A DNA stretch of 64,000 bases, taken from positions 32,001-96,000 of IMG/VR virus record IMGVR_UViG_2061766007_001346; one strand, given 5' to 3'. Position 1 is the first letter of the stretch; every line of letters begins with the position of its first letter. A program made the translations under genes and the position numbers. This DNA comes from a virus (taxonomy: Duplodnaviria; Caudoviricetes). The notes beneath the pieces are model-generated. The model was not told the origin of the DNA and did no database searches. It saw only the letters and a list, made by a program, of their open reading frames with translations. Shown here piece by piece: positions 51,601 through 63,220 of this stretch.

Positions 51601-52027
51601 CACGATTGCTTCTCGTTCTTTCCCAAACGATTGTATTATTAATTCGTTCCGGTCTCCAGGAAGGAGGGGTTAGATCCGTAGTGGCAGCAATACGTTCTCC
51701 GTCAGCATAAAGAATCACCTGTCCGTTGTCGAATCTTGCGGTAATTCTAGGAGTACGTCCAGGAATACCCTGAGCTCCAGTAGCACCATCGTGTCCGGTC
51801 TCACCTTCACTAACAATCTTCATTAAGTTGACCTGATCTTCTATATGAGCTGCAGTAGTAACAAGTTCCTGCACTGCGCACACATAAAGATTTCGGCCAT
51901 CGGTAACAAAGTCTACGTCTGTTCCATTATTATGGTAAGTAGCTCCTTGCTGATACACATAAAAGTTTAGTTTGGGCACAGAAACATTAGGGCTTGATGC
52001 GATATCTCTTGTTGTAGTTTTAATCAT
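45680..52027 (-). CDS. Large tail fibre/spike protein, 2115 aa
   Basis: 50435-52027, 49625-50344, 46016-49438 and 45680-45958 in one frame with only 3 TGA; collagen-like GxxGxxG segments; repeated GxDGDxxEYIY modules; AYxKxESDxR repeats. Confidence 0.82.
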
Positions 52028-52205
52028 AATAGTCTAAAATTTGTTTACGTTCTTTTAAACTTAAAGTATTACTATCTAATAACTCGTAGGCATTCATCAT
52101 ATCTCAGATTTCGCATACCATACCATCGGTAAGTACGTGTCCTACTTGTAAATCTCTCAGGTTCTCTATAAATTTATCATAAATTAACATCAAAAGTCTA
52201 TCCAT
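52020..52205 (-). CDS. Small hypothetical protein, 61 aa; absent from ORF track
   Basis: ATG 52205, one TGA, TAA 52020-22; overlaps both neighbours. Confidence 0.6.
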
Positions 52206-52788
52206 TGCAGCCACAGTTTTTATTATCAAGTAAATCATCACAGATTGAACCACAACTTAAAATTCCTTCGTAGATGTTATGTAATTGTTCAACTTTATCT
52301 TCTTCTGCGAGATGCTCCATTAACCAATTAGCGATGAAGAGAAAATCTCTTTGTGCTTTTAGTTCATCGTTTTTGCAACGCATTGAACCGCAGTTCTTTA
52401 ACATCTCTTGGAATACTTTCATTTGTAAATTTAAGAGACATTTCTTTAATTTACAATTACAGAATATTTCATCTGTATCAAGTTTTGCGTTATTAAATCC
52501 GACAACACCAGATTCAACAGCATCTATAAACTCTTTGACTGTATATGAAACAGAACCAATACGTAAGTTTCCATTCTGAAGTGAGATATCGTTTCCTTCA
52601 ATCATATACAACTTATAGATTCCATCTTTGGATAAGTCGTATTCAAAATCACCTGTTCATTGTACAAATTCCGAAACATCTTTTGTTTCTTCATTCAATA
52701 AAACTTGATACATATTCTGGTTGCCATTCGCCACATCTATAACGAGATGGCAACCATTCATGTATGCAGAAATATCAAATTTAGTCAT
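52198..52788 (-). CDS. Cys-rich structural protein downstream of portal, 196 aa
   Basis: ATG in TAATG overlap with the portal stop; one TGA; C-terminal CGC. Confidence 0.72.
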
Positions 52789-55013
52789 TATACATCACGT
52801 ATTTGATTATTATAAGGATTACCGTCTCACATTTGCATAATTTCAGATTGCAATTGTTTCTCTTTCACTCCGATGAGTTTATCATTATAATCCTTCTTAT
52901 CACGAGCCTCTTTCTCTTCGATTTTGACTCTCTGAGCTTCAAGTTCGAGTTTAGCCTGATTATTAGCCTCAACCTGGGATTGCAGACGTTTGATTTCGTT
53001 CTGTAGGTCGGAAATAGTCTTCTGTGCCTGTTTGGCATCAGACTCATACTGTTGCACTTGTTGCTGTAATTGCTCGAGCATATTATTCTCGGCTTTCTTT
53101 TGTCGTATTGCTTTTGTCAGTCTACGACGTAACTGAGTTTCATTTTTTGCAGTTATAATGTCGATTGCCATTTCAACATCAACTTGATTGTTCTTAATAA
53201 GTTCAATATTCAGTTGCTTGGCAGTCTGCATTATTTCATAAGAATCAGAACTATCGGACAGATGGATATCAAAGTCACTCATTGTGAAATGCTCTGGAAG
53301 TGCTGTGAATGTTTTTACTAACTTGTCTCCAAGAATAATTGTACCGGTTAGTCCGTTCTTAAATACGAACTTGGACAGATTAAGTAAATCATAATAGATT
53401 TCTCTCTGCGCCAAATCCATTGCATAGAAGTATTGTTTTGTAATCAAACTGGACTGATGAATTCCCACCTTCACATTTGATGCAGCCTCACGTTCTTGGA
53501 TCTGGCCAAGTTTCTGAGGAAATACTCCAGAAATCGCAGATGCTTGGGCTTCGATAGAATCAATTGCAATCTGGATTGCCTGAATCGCTTGTGCTTTTAA
53601 GGTATCATCATATCCATTAAATGTGGTATTTAACAATTGGGCGCCGTCCTGAGAAGAATCGTATAGTGCCATTCCGTTCTTTTTATATGCCTGCCATTTC
53701 TGTAATCTTTCAGGCAATTCAACCCCTAAGAACGCTGGTAGACTTGCAACATCAATCCAATCTCCGATTGTGCCAGAAGTGGCAATAAGATTATCTCTGC
53801 AGTAAATGAGTAGATTATATTTCTCCTGCAGAGCCATTGTTGAACCTATAAGAGAAAATGGTTGTCCGTTCTTATCATTGAAGAACATGCCGTTTATGTT
53901 CAAACTACAGGAACGAGGATTGTGTTTACTTCGAATATAATAGTCTGGTTCTCCACGAACTACGTATATGTCATCACCTATTTTAACGCCTTCGTGCAAA
54001 ACAGACCTATTCTTTTTTCTATCGAATTCAAGTCATTGACACTCATACACCGGAATAACTTTGTTTCGCCATCTTGTAAAGTATTCCTCTCTATCTCAAA
54101 TCGGATGTGCTTCCAAACCTGCTAAAATACCTGGTTTAAGTCCCGCTTTTGATGATCGTTCTCCGTCGTCCAGGTATGATTCCATTACATTGGGTACTGT
54201 AATATGGGCGACAGATTGATCGTTTCTATTTTGCGTGGAATAGTAACTTTCCAACTTGGATGCAGCATCGTCAGAAAGATCCTCTCCAAATTCTTCAAAA
54301 ATTTCATCTTTTGTAAGCCAGCGACGAATAACAGCACGTCTGGATTTATTAAGAAAGAACTCATTTGAATTACGTTCGATAAACGTGTCTATAGGATTTA
54401 ATACATCAAACCGTAGATTGTCTTTTCCTCCAGATGGTTTCGTCCGCCAGTACATGCAACCTCCGACAAATAAATCCGTCAGAAGTTCTCTTAATTTATT
54501 TTTTACATCAAGATCTCTATTATGCCTTATATATTCTAAGATATTTTGTGCGGCAATTTCGAAATCCGATTCGAAAGAATTTTCAACATCATTCTTAATT
54601 CTTTCCAATTCTTTTTCAACAAACGGATCGTTTATTGGCGCTCTTCCATCTAATAAAATGCCTATTAACGCATTATGAAGATATTTTTGAAGATATTTAT
54701 ATACTTCTGTATCGATTTTTAATTTTTTGTCTCTCTGAATCTTCGCAATAGTCTCATCATCCTTACATGTAACCTGCATGCTCGGATCCATTTCGAGATA
54801 CTCACCAACCAAAACATCAATATGTTTCTTCATTAATGGAATAAACTCAACACTTGTTGGGACGCCAATTCCATAATTCTCTTCTATACTTCTGTATTGC
54901 TCGGCATCTAATTTGCCGTGATAATAATTGTATGCCTTTCGCAACGCTACTTTATCATAAACTAATTCCGCAATACAAAGGTCTATTTTTTCTATTTCTT
55001 GTTTTTTATTCAT
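52788..55013 (-). CDS. Portal protein, 741 aa
   Basis: 54096-55013 and 52827-53999 joined; AYNYYHG, IDVLVGE, IPVYECQ(W)L, ISGV....LGQI, C-terminal coiled coil; follows TerL. Confidence 0.88.
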
Positions 55014-55278
55014 CGTCCCAATCAGTTAAATCGACAAAAGGTTCACGAACTATCTTATAGTAACGAGTCTTTTCCATTTTACGAGTTTTGAATTCGTGAC
55101 GAAGAAACTTTTTAAACTCGGTTTCCGTTCCTTCCATGGCGAATACAGTAGGAGTATATTCTCTATCAAAATATAATAATAACTGCCACATATTGCCATC
55201 GTTCAATATTCGTAACTTACCAATATATTCGTAACCAGTTGTTTCTTTTATTAATTCATAAACCTCTTGCTCTTGCAT
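55006..55278 (-). CDS. Small protein between TerL and portal, 90 aa
   Basis: Clean ORF. Confidence 0.75.
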   Translation of the reverse strand: MQEQEVYELIKETTGYEYIGKLRILNDGNMWQLLLYFDREYTPTVFAMEGTETEFKKFLRHEFKTRKMEKTRYYKIVREPFVDLTDWDDE

Positions 55279-55279
55279 A

Positions 55280-57541
55280 CTATAAATAATTTTGTTTACT
55301 TGGGATTACGCCGTGTTTCAAATAACCTCGTTCATCCCTATACCAACCAATATCTTTTCATTGTGATGTAACAGCGTCTACTTTTTTAGGAGTAATTCCG
55401 GACATTGCTTCATCACCAATTTCACATGCCGACATAGCAGCAATTATATCGAACTTTCTTTTATCTTCATATGTATACTTAAGTAACTCATCAAGCATTT
55501 CTGTATAAGATATTGTATAATAATAGTCACTTAAGAATGCAGATATCAATTCCAGTCCATGTTTTATAACCGCTTCTGTTGACGGAATACCAATCAAGCG
55601 TTTCGTAGTTTTTTTCTTATTCTTTGCAGATACTGCATATTCTGGTCTACTCATAAGTAAGCCTTCTTTTTTACGCTCAATCAAAAACTGCTGGAAACTC
55701 ACTTTTGTAAATTCCAGCATACATTGACAGTTATACCACGTGAGTAGTTTTAATGCAATCATGTATGCAACTCTAATATCTCTCGGGCGATCTTTATACA
55801 AAGCAACATACTTCGGTTCTTGATCGCCAAAAACACGTTTCTTAATCACAATGCAGAAATTGGACACATCCGCGTCTTCTGCAGAATTATCTGTACCAAT
55901 ATCGATACTATCTATACCAGCTACATATAAATTCTTTCATACGTTTCCATCCGGATCTCTCTGCGGAGGCTCAATTATCTGAATTTTTGAATCTCCGGAT
56001 GTATAAGCGTTAACTTTAGAATATCGAGGAGCCTCCTTATCCCATTCTAACTGCATGGATGTCACCTTCTCTCCTAGATTTCGAATCTTAATATTCATCA
56101 TCTGTTGAGAGATCAGTTCGGCATCAAAGACGTTCGCACCAGTTTTAGCCAAAGCTTCTTCTGGAACGAAACAGTGCTCAGCACATTCGTCTAAGTACGC
56201 CTTTCCGCTAAGTTTAGAACGTTGTTCCTCGTAATATTTCTTTAATTCCGGCCAATTGGTAACGCCACGATTATCGAGATATTTTTTAGATAATGCAAAT
56301 TTATGGGCGGGTGCAAAGAATGCGGTAAGTTCTGGTTTGCCATCATAAGTGTCATAGTTCTTATAGGGCAATACGTCAAAACCTTTCGGATTGGTAAAAA
56401 GTGTACCTATACCACCAACAGCGACTTCGTCACCACCGGTGCCTAAGAAAATTCTTGTTCCGAAATGTATACCACCCAACTGTGTTAGAGCAGCACCCTG
56501 AATCCACGATTTGATAAGCTGCTTGTTAGAACCAGCTTCCTCATATACGAGTCTATCAACACGATGTCCTCTGATTTTATTTGGATTATCTGCAACAATA
56601 GAGTTAATCTCAGACATTCAACCGAATTCTTGATTATCGCGAGTTACTTTAGACGCACGTTTCGTTTCATTGTTATTGACTTTTTGTCTTACGTGCCTAA
56701 GTCCTCCACACGTATTCATATTCAATCAGTCCAACTGCAACCAGCATTTATCACGCAGCGGCTGTAATTTATCGTCAGCTTCACAAGTAAGAAGTATCTT
56801 ATACGAACTGTTGGTCGTGTAGGGTCTGACAGACATCGCAGCAGTCATCTCTGATCAACCAGTACCTCTAGCCTTTAAAGCACCGACATCCATGTGTAAC
56901 CGTTCGCCCATCTCCACATAATGAAACCATTCGTATTGTTTGGCAAGAAACGAGGGAAAGTTCTCCACACGACCTTCACCAGCGATTCTATCCTCTGGAA
57001 TGGTTTGCATTCTATAGTAGTTGATAAAATAATAATTATCCCCTGTTATTCTGTATTTTCCAACAGTATAACCGTTTACCATCTTATCAATTTCCGCGAA
57101 TCAAAAATCTCTATATGGTTTAGTTCCTTCAGGAAAATCTGTATATTTTCCGTTTGAATTATAGATTGCCGCCATTTCTGTAAACGGCGTTGGGTCGAAA
57201 TCCAATCCTTTCTCCATAGTGATAGGCCGATAACCTGTCAATTCGTATGATAACTCTGGATCAAAATACTGAATCTCTTCGGTAATTGGTACATCCCATT
57301 CTTCATTAGGTCTTTCGTGATGTACAAATGGACCAGCATAATTTGTTTCTTCTAAACCAATAGTTGAATCATCTACATAATTTTCTAATTTCTGTTTTTT
57401 GTCTTCAAAAAGCTGTTTAATTAACTCTTCTTCGTAGGTAGTATCGAACTTCGGGAGGGCTTTCTTGCGTTTTTCCTCTTGTTCCTCCAGAACGGTCTTT
57501 ACTATTTTTTTCCTCGTACCTGTAACTTTATCAATAGCCAT
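55280..57541 (-). CDS. terL: Terminase large subunit, 753 aa
   Basis: Walker A LKARGTG(W)SE, Walker B LVYEEAG, nuclease YVAGIDSID and FDIIAA; 6 in-frame TGA; TAG 55280-82. Confidence 0.93.
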
Positions 57542-57542
57542 A

Positions 57543-58115
57543 TTAGTCCAACATTCCTAAGGAAACTCCACCACGCACAGCAGCTTCTGCTTCCATACTA
57601 GTTTTATGTAACTCTTCAAGAGTCTTCAATTCAGTTCTTATTTTACTAATACTTGTTAAGTCAGCAATTACGTCTTTTGGTTTATAGATTGGTTTTCCAT
57701 CAGCGTCAACTTCACTGAAATCGATATTATCCAGATGGATTCTCATCTTATAAATCGTATTATACGCTGTCTTAATTAGTGCCAATATAGGATCTTCTTC
57801 CTGAATCTCCCTATATTTTCTAAATGCTGCAAGAAAAACGTCGTCTTCTAAATCTGCTTCCGTTAAACCGGAATCAGCTAAAGCAGCTTCGTGTTTATCT
57901 TTTTCAAGATACTTAAAATAAGGACTTTTGAAATCAAGAACCAAATAAATGTAAGTCAGTTCCTTATAGGCGCGAATTCGCAGCTCGCCTTTTTTATCCT
58001 CCTTACATTTATTTCTTTCTGGTTCTCATAATTTTGCGAATTCCTTAACTAATAATATGCTATAATCGTCTATTCGAAGAGAGTTTGTTGTATTATCGAA
58101 TATAAAGATTTGCAT
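57543..58115 (-). CDS. Conserved protein upstream of TerL (possible small terminase), 190 aa
   Basis: ATG in TAATG overlap; one TGA; joins 57543-57944. Confidence 0.7.
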
Positions 58116-58486
58116 TATTTTAGATATTTTGAATATATAGCCCCATTACCTCTGGCAACATTTGTGAATATCTCCCGTTCATCAACAGGAAGTCCTTGTT
58201 CTCTCATTGACATGGCAATTTTGTCGGCCATTAGTTGTGTATCCGTTTTTCCACTCATATATCTATCTATATTAGACATCTGGCTTTTCGCTCTTTTACT
58301 TGCTCCAGATACACCTTCTTTAACGATTTTTATCTTACTTCCGTCAGGCAGAGTTTTTATAATAAATCCAGGAGCGGCTGCTAGACCTAAGCCTTCTGTA
58401 GCATCTTTAGGAATCATCCCATCGATTACTTTGCCCATTGCGGAATTTTTAAACTGATTAAAGCCGCTCTTTATTCGAAAAAATCG
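58115..58486 (-). CDS. -1-frame continuation of the 58471-60198 gene (or separate ORF from ATG 58438)
   Basis: Translation RIKSGFNQFKNSAMGKV continues an internal repeat begun in the 0 frame. Confidence 0.7.
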   Translation of the reverse strand, partial: RFFRIKSGFNQFKNSAMGKVIDGMIPKDATEGLGLAAAPGFIIKTLPDGSKIKIVKEGVSGASKRAKSQMSNIDRYMSGKTDTQLMADKIAMSMREQGLPVDEREIFTNVARGNGAIYSKYLK

Positions 58487-60198
58487 TTACTTCATTTATT
58501 TTTATAAAAATCAATTAGTCCGCCAGACTGTTTCTTTTCAGCGCTTTTGGAACCAGATTTATTTTCTTTTTTATCTTTTGTTTCAGATTCTGCCATTTTT
58601 GCTACAGCATACGCGGCTCCACCTAAAGCTGCTGTAATGCCACCACCAATAAGTCAATCTTCTAGATTTGCATGAGGCATTGTGATATTATTGAAATCAA
58701 TTCCACTATAATCCGTTTCTATGAAATTTGGTTGATTATACTCCGGCATTTCAAATTCCGGCCATTTGGTCTTATTCATATAATCTCCAGCATTTCTTAT
58801 CACATCGTCACCTTCCGTCTTAATGAAATTTCCTAGTTCGTCGAAGTATCCAAGAACTTTTACTTCATCGTCGAGTTTAGAAGCGGCTTTTCCTAATGAA
58901 GATATTTTGCCAACTGGTGCGGCAGCTCCTAGCATTCCAGACTCAGAATTAGGGTTTGGTATAAAAGCACCCCAAACTTTACCAGGAGCAGAATCTTTAA
59001 ACTTATTCCATCCAGAACGAATTCTATTTAAATCATTAGACCACTTGTTAGTATAGTAATCAAGTATACTTCCATCCTGTGCTTTTTCTACTTTGCCACC
59101 GTTTTCTTTAGATTTAGCTTTATTTTTTGTTTTAGCTTCGAGATTTTGTAAATCAGCAAGGTCTTTTTCTGAGAGTTTTGTACTACCAGTCGTTCCTACA
59201 TTTCAAGCTTTAAACTTTCCGAATGGAATAAAACCGTCTACTTGATTTGGATTAAAGAACATTATATCTGGACCGTTTCGATATGAATAAGAACCGTCAC
59301 GAAGTCTACTCCACGATACATCATTTCCATTAATATCTTTAAAATTTAATGCTTTAAATAAAGGATTATATGTAACTTTACTGGAATCCATCGGCGTTGT
59401 AGAAACAGGCTTCTGGTATGGAGTAACTCTTCCGAAAACATCGACATTGCCCCCATCCTGTTTGGACGAAACCCGTTGAATATCTGGACGCATTCTTTGC
59501 ATAATTGCTTCGCGGTCATAACTATCCAGAGGAGTAAGATGTTCGGAAGGAAGTTTCTGCATGATAATCGTATCTTTTTTAGGAGTTACGTTTACCCAAG
59601 TATCAGCAGAAGTACCATTAATACTGGCTTGTTCAAGATAATATTCGTTTCCGTTCTGTGTCGCATGACCAAATTTTCTATTCATAGCAGCACCTACAGT
59701 CGGAGTTCTCTTAGAATTAAAATATGCTTTCATATAAGCTAAGAATGGAACATCAAACTTACCACTAGATACACTGCGTTTTCCTATAACGCCGTTGGAG
59801 TTCTGATGTTTTTCAATCTTGTCTCCATTTTCCATTCCAGCAAGTTTTTCTTTTGGGCTACATCCGCAATCGGCCTTTCCACCTTTTCCATGCTTACAAA
59901 TAAAGTCGCGGAATTTTCCGCCGTCTCGCATAGAAGTAGGTTGCGCAGAAGCCGTTTGCGTAAATAAATTAACAATTAACTGCACACCTTTCTTTTTATC
60001 GGTTTGCATTACTTGAACCGCATCATGAAGCTGTCGCGATTCTTCAGGATTGGATTTTATCTCTTCAAATCTAGCCCTTACGTCTTCTGGATTTTGTCCT
60101 AACTGCTGAGCAATCGCGTTGATGAAATCTTCCTCAGCTTGTTGTTCAGCCATTGTGGTTCCACCAGCAGCATACTTATTTAAAGGATTTTCAAACAT
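58471..60198 (-). CDS. Modular GG-motif protein, 575 aa (694 aa with -1 frameshift); putative internal/cargo polyprotein
   Basis: 59203-60198 and 58654-58935 joined via TGA; KYAAGG, SMRDGG, HGKGG, SKQDGG, SKENGG, KAQDGS, KKQSGG; TAA 58471-73. Confidence 0.8.
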
Positions 60199-60211
60199 AA
60201 TATTTTATATT

Positions 60212-60454
60212 TTATTCTTTTATTAACATCAAGTCTTTCGTGTTGAAAATTCCTTCTTGTATATCGCCGTTTTTATTAAACCACCGGCATTTCATGCCTT
60301 GGAAGATTGGTTCGATTTCGTTTGTGGCGGAATTCTTTATATTTCGACTTGACTTCTCTACTACCCACATAATGGGCTTATTATCAACATTATGCCGTAC
60401 GGTGACCAAATCTCCTGGGGAAAAGAAAACGTACGACTCGTTCAAACCATTCAT
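60212..60454 (-). CDS. YodC/DUF2158-like small protein, ~80 aa
   Basis: FSPGDLVTV....P.M.V...CRWF...G.....F....L. Confidence 0.75.
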   Translation of the reverse strand: MNGLNESYVFFSPGDLVTVRHNVDNKPIMWVVEKSSRNIKNSATNEIEPIFQGMKCRWFNKNGDIQEGIFNTKDLMLIKE

Positions 60455-60875
60455 ACTTTTTACATTTACTAATTCTACATATAATGAGCTGTTCACCTGT
60501 CATAACCCAACCTTTTTTTCTAAACGGAATAACCGTCTCAGAATAAGTTGTATAATAAACATCGTCTCCAACTCTAACATTTTTACATGCTGGACCGATA
60601 GCCAGAACCTTTCCACATTTAATTACTTGTTTATTCTGTTCAATCTCTCCAGTCTCATTTGATTTATAGGTTTTGCTACTTTCTATACCGACGATTAAGC
60701 CGGATTCAGTAGTTTCTATATGTCTATAAGGATTCGTCTTATAAGGTTGTATCAACACATTCGCATTAACGGGTGTCACATAAACCTCATCCATGCAGAT
60801 ATCCTCAGTATTTTTTTCTACAATAACATCAGCTGTATTCTTAACAAGCTGCTCGAAACCATTAGGTATATTCAT
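60390..60875 (-). CDS. GroES/Cpn10-like co-chaperonin
   Basis: PVNANVLI, TTESGLIV, GKVLAIGP...VRVGDDVYY. Confidence 0.8.
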   Translation of the reverse strand: MNIPNGFEQLVKNTADVIVEKNTEDICMDEVYVTPVNANVLIQPYKTNPYRHIETTESGLIVGIESSKTYKSNETGEIEQNKQVIKCGKVLAIGPACKNVRVGDDVYYTTYSETVIPFRKKGWVMTGEQLIICRISKCKKYEWFERVVRFLFPRRFGHRTA

Positions 60876-61087
60876 TATCATTTTTCATTTAAACATTTTT
60901 CTTTAGGAGAACGCGTTTTTGCACGGAGAAAACATCCGCATTCGGAACATATCCATTCGTTCTTCCCGATCTTTATCTTACTATCGCATTTCATGCAAAT
61001 CTCGTATCTTCTTTTTGCTTCAGGAGTTTCCTTTTGCATGATTACATTTCATCATCCAATAATAACTCGGCCGATTCAGTTTATCAT
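60875..61087 (-). CDS. Cys-rich Zn-binding small protein, 70 aa; absent from ORF track
   Basis: RYEICMKC...CSECGCFLRAK.R....C...K(W)-stop; 4 TGA. Confidence 0.75.
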
Positions 61088-61299
61088 TTTCCGCATACAC
61101 AATGATTTTTGGGATTACGAGCTTTACGACTTAATATACATCCACAGCCTTTTTTTCATCCGGGATGTACAAAAAACGAACCTTTCGTACCATCAGGACT
61201 GATTCATTTTCTATCGTCACATTTCATTCCATCTTCGGTCATCCTCATTATTGGGCACATTCTGCATATAGCCAAACGAGCCTCTATAAATTCTTCCAT
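61081..61299 (-). CDS. Cys-rich Zn-binding small protein, 72 aa, paralogue of its neighbour; absent from ORF track
   Basis: RLAICRMCP...C...GCGCIL..KAR.P..HC..GK(W)-stop; 3 TGA. Confidence 0.75.
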
Positions 61300-61300
61300 A

Positions 61301-62257
61301 TTATATAATATAAGGCGTATTCCTATCTAATAACTTCTTGTTTCTCTGTTTCTTTGCAAAGTCCTTGATAAGTCTATCCACGTCTTCCTTTAAATAAGGG
61401 ACTTCGTATAAGGATTGGTTGCCATCATGATCTATATGAATAATCTGCAATTGTTTAATCTTATATTTCGGATTTCTCTGCTGCAGCATTCTTGCATATA
61501 GACTTAACTGTAATTGATAGTGAACAAGGGTAGAATCCATGAGATTGTTTATGGGAGCTTTCATCATTTGATACTTCTTTCTTTTTTTATCGAAATAAGA
61601 AGTTTTCTTTATTTCTTTATTCGATTTATAGTCGCCAATATAAACATCATTTCCATCTACTATTAATAGGTCCGCTTGTCCTACCAGAGTTAAATCTTCG
61701 AATGTAGCTGATATCAGAAATTCAGGATAGACACCTTTATCTAAATCAAGAATGTTGTGATTCTGGATGCATGTGAACGAACCCTTCAATCCTTTGAAAC
61801 CATATGGTTCAAAATCGAAGGTATGTGAGCCATACATCTGCAATTCTTTTTCCAAATGTATGGCTGTACCTCTTTCACATGCCGTATCTCGTTTTTCTTT
61901 ATATTCTAATTTTATTTCGTTTTGTTTTAGAAGAAACGCTTCGCGATTAATATTATAGTTTTCAACAATATAATCTAATGTTTTACTGGAAAATTGCTTT
62001 GTAGCAAGTAACTTTGGTTTCAAGAACGATCATCTATCGCAATCGACCATTTCTTCAAGAGCTTTATACGCACTCCAGAAATTTTCATCAAATGGCTGCG
62101 AATATTGCGAAATTAACTGCGTGACCGATGTGTACTTTTCACCAGTTTGTTTATTAAAATAGAGATGCTTTTCGTCATTGAATGCACATAATTCATCTTC
62201 CTTGTCAACTCGAATTCCATTAATATATTTTTCTTCTATATTTTGAGCTTTAGGCAT
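61301..62257 (-). CDS. PD-(D/E)XK (Cas4/RecB-like) nuclease, 318 aa
   Basis: SVTQLI, RGTAIH, PE, GQADLL, DYKS, QLSLY; two track ORFs joined by TGA. Confidence 0.85.
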
Positions 62258-62288
62258 ATAACATAATCATTAACATAACATAATCTAT

Positions 62289-62705
62289 TTATTCTTCGCT
62301 GACGTCCAGTTTTTCTGTGATTACTTCTTCCGGGCTAAGTTCCGTATAACCAAGTGGGGGTTTGCGCCGATCGCAGACGAGTCTTGTACACTTTAAGAGT
62401 GTTGCTTTCGCTAAATTTGTGTTTGCCTCATCTAATTTGTTCCTTAGTTCAGCATTTTTGTCACTCAATTCGATTATACGTCCGTCCTTGTTGGCAAGAG
62501 CCTCGTCTTTCTTTTCGTTCTGGGCCTGGAGTCTTTCGACTTGATCTTGCAATTGATCGACCAAGTGCTCCCATCTACTATCCTCTTTTTGCTTATTATC
62601 CAGCTTCATGCCGCGTTTGGTTTCTCTTATAGTGAACAGATGAATAATCTCGCTCACACTGAACGTTCCAATAACGGCAAGAACAACAGTTCCTCATTCA
62701 ATCAT
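62289..62705 (-). CDS. N-terminal TM + coiled-coil protein (holin-like), 138 aa
   Basis: MIE(W)GTVVLAVIGTF..., coiled coil, C-terminal C...C.RRKPP. Confidence 0.65.
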
Positions 62706-62773
62706 CTATATATCAAAAGTTTAAAGTTAAACATTCATTTTCTTATAAACACATTTATCCGATATTATCGGCG

Positions 62774-62804
62774 CAAATATAGCAAAAAAATTTTGTAATT
62801 CAAA
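62774..62804 (-). promoter_or_regulatory. Bacteroidota-type promoter driving the leftward late operon
   Basis: TTTG-N19-TATATTTG. Confidence 0.8.
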
Positions 62805-62822
62805 ATTATTTTAGTATTTTTG
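62792..62822 (+). promoter_or_regulatory. Overlapping divergent Bacteroidota-type promoter
   Basis: TTTG (62792-95)-N19-TATTTTTG (62815-22). Confidence 0.75.
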
Positions 62823-62845
62823 CACAAATATTTAAGTACAATGCT

Positions 62846-63220
62846 ATGAAACCGCTAAAAGTTATATTTTCAAAATATATCCCATTTAAAGGTTATTATG
62901 CAATAACCTTATTTGACTACATGGTTATCAGGAAGGAGTTTGAGAATTATCCGATTAAAGCAAATGTGTATAATCACGAAAGCATCCATCAAGCGCAAAG
63001 TAGAGACTTCGGATTGGGATTCTTCGGATATTTCTTATTTTATCCATTGTATGTGCTGGAATGAATTTTCAAATTACCGTGAGCGTTACTGGGATACAAG
63101 CCCTATAAAAGTATAAGTTTCGAACAGGAGAGTTATCTCAATGAAGAAAATCCGACTTATTTAGATGAAAGAAAGAGATTTACATGATTAAAATATTTAT
63201 TTAAAGGAGTTAAAAAATAA
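62846..63220 (+). CDS. HExxH zincin-like membrane-associated protein, 124 aa
   Basis: NHESIHQAQ, hydrophobic stretch, ISFEQESY; 3 TGA; TAA 63218-20. Confidence 0.78.

Noticed and set aside
52788-57541. Introns or inteins in TerL/portal, common in some crAss-like groups
   Set aside because: The frames are continuous at normal lengths (753 and 741 aa) with no intein or homing-endonuclease motifs.
60390-60454. Long overlap between the GroES-like and DUF2158-like genes as a recoding site
   Set aside because: No slippery site or fusion logic; most simply a C-terminal extension after loss of a stop.
61301-62257. Cas4-like nuclease as part of a CRISPR system
   Set aside because: No cas genes or array nearby; solo PD-(D/E)XK nucleases are common in phages.
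275-62798. Numerous plus-strand and alternate-frame ORFs in the track (e.g. 23853-24374, 48930-49433, 60720-61202)
   Set aside because: They are shadows of long minus-strand genes with no recognisable motifs, promoters or stop-start coupling.
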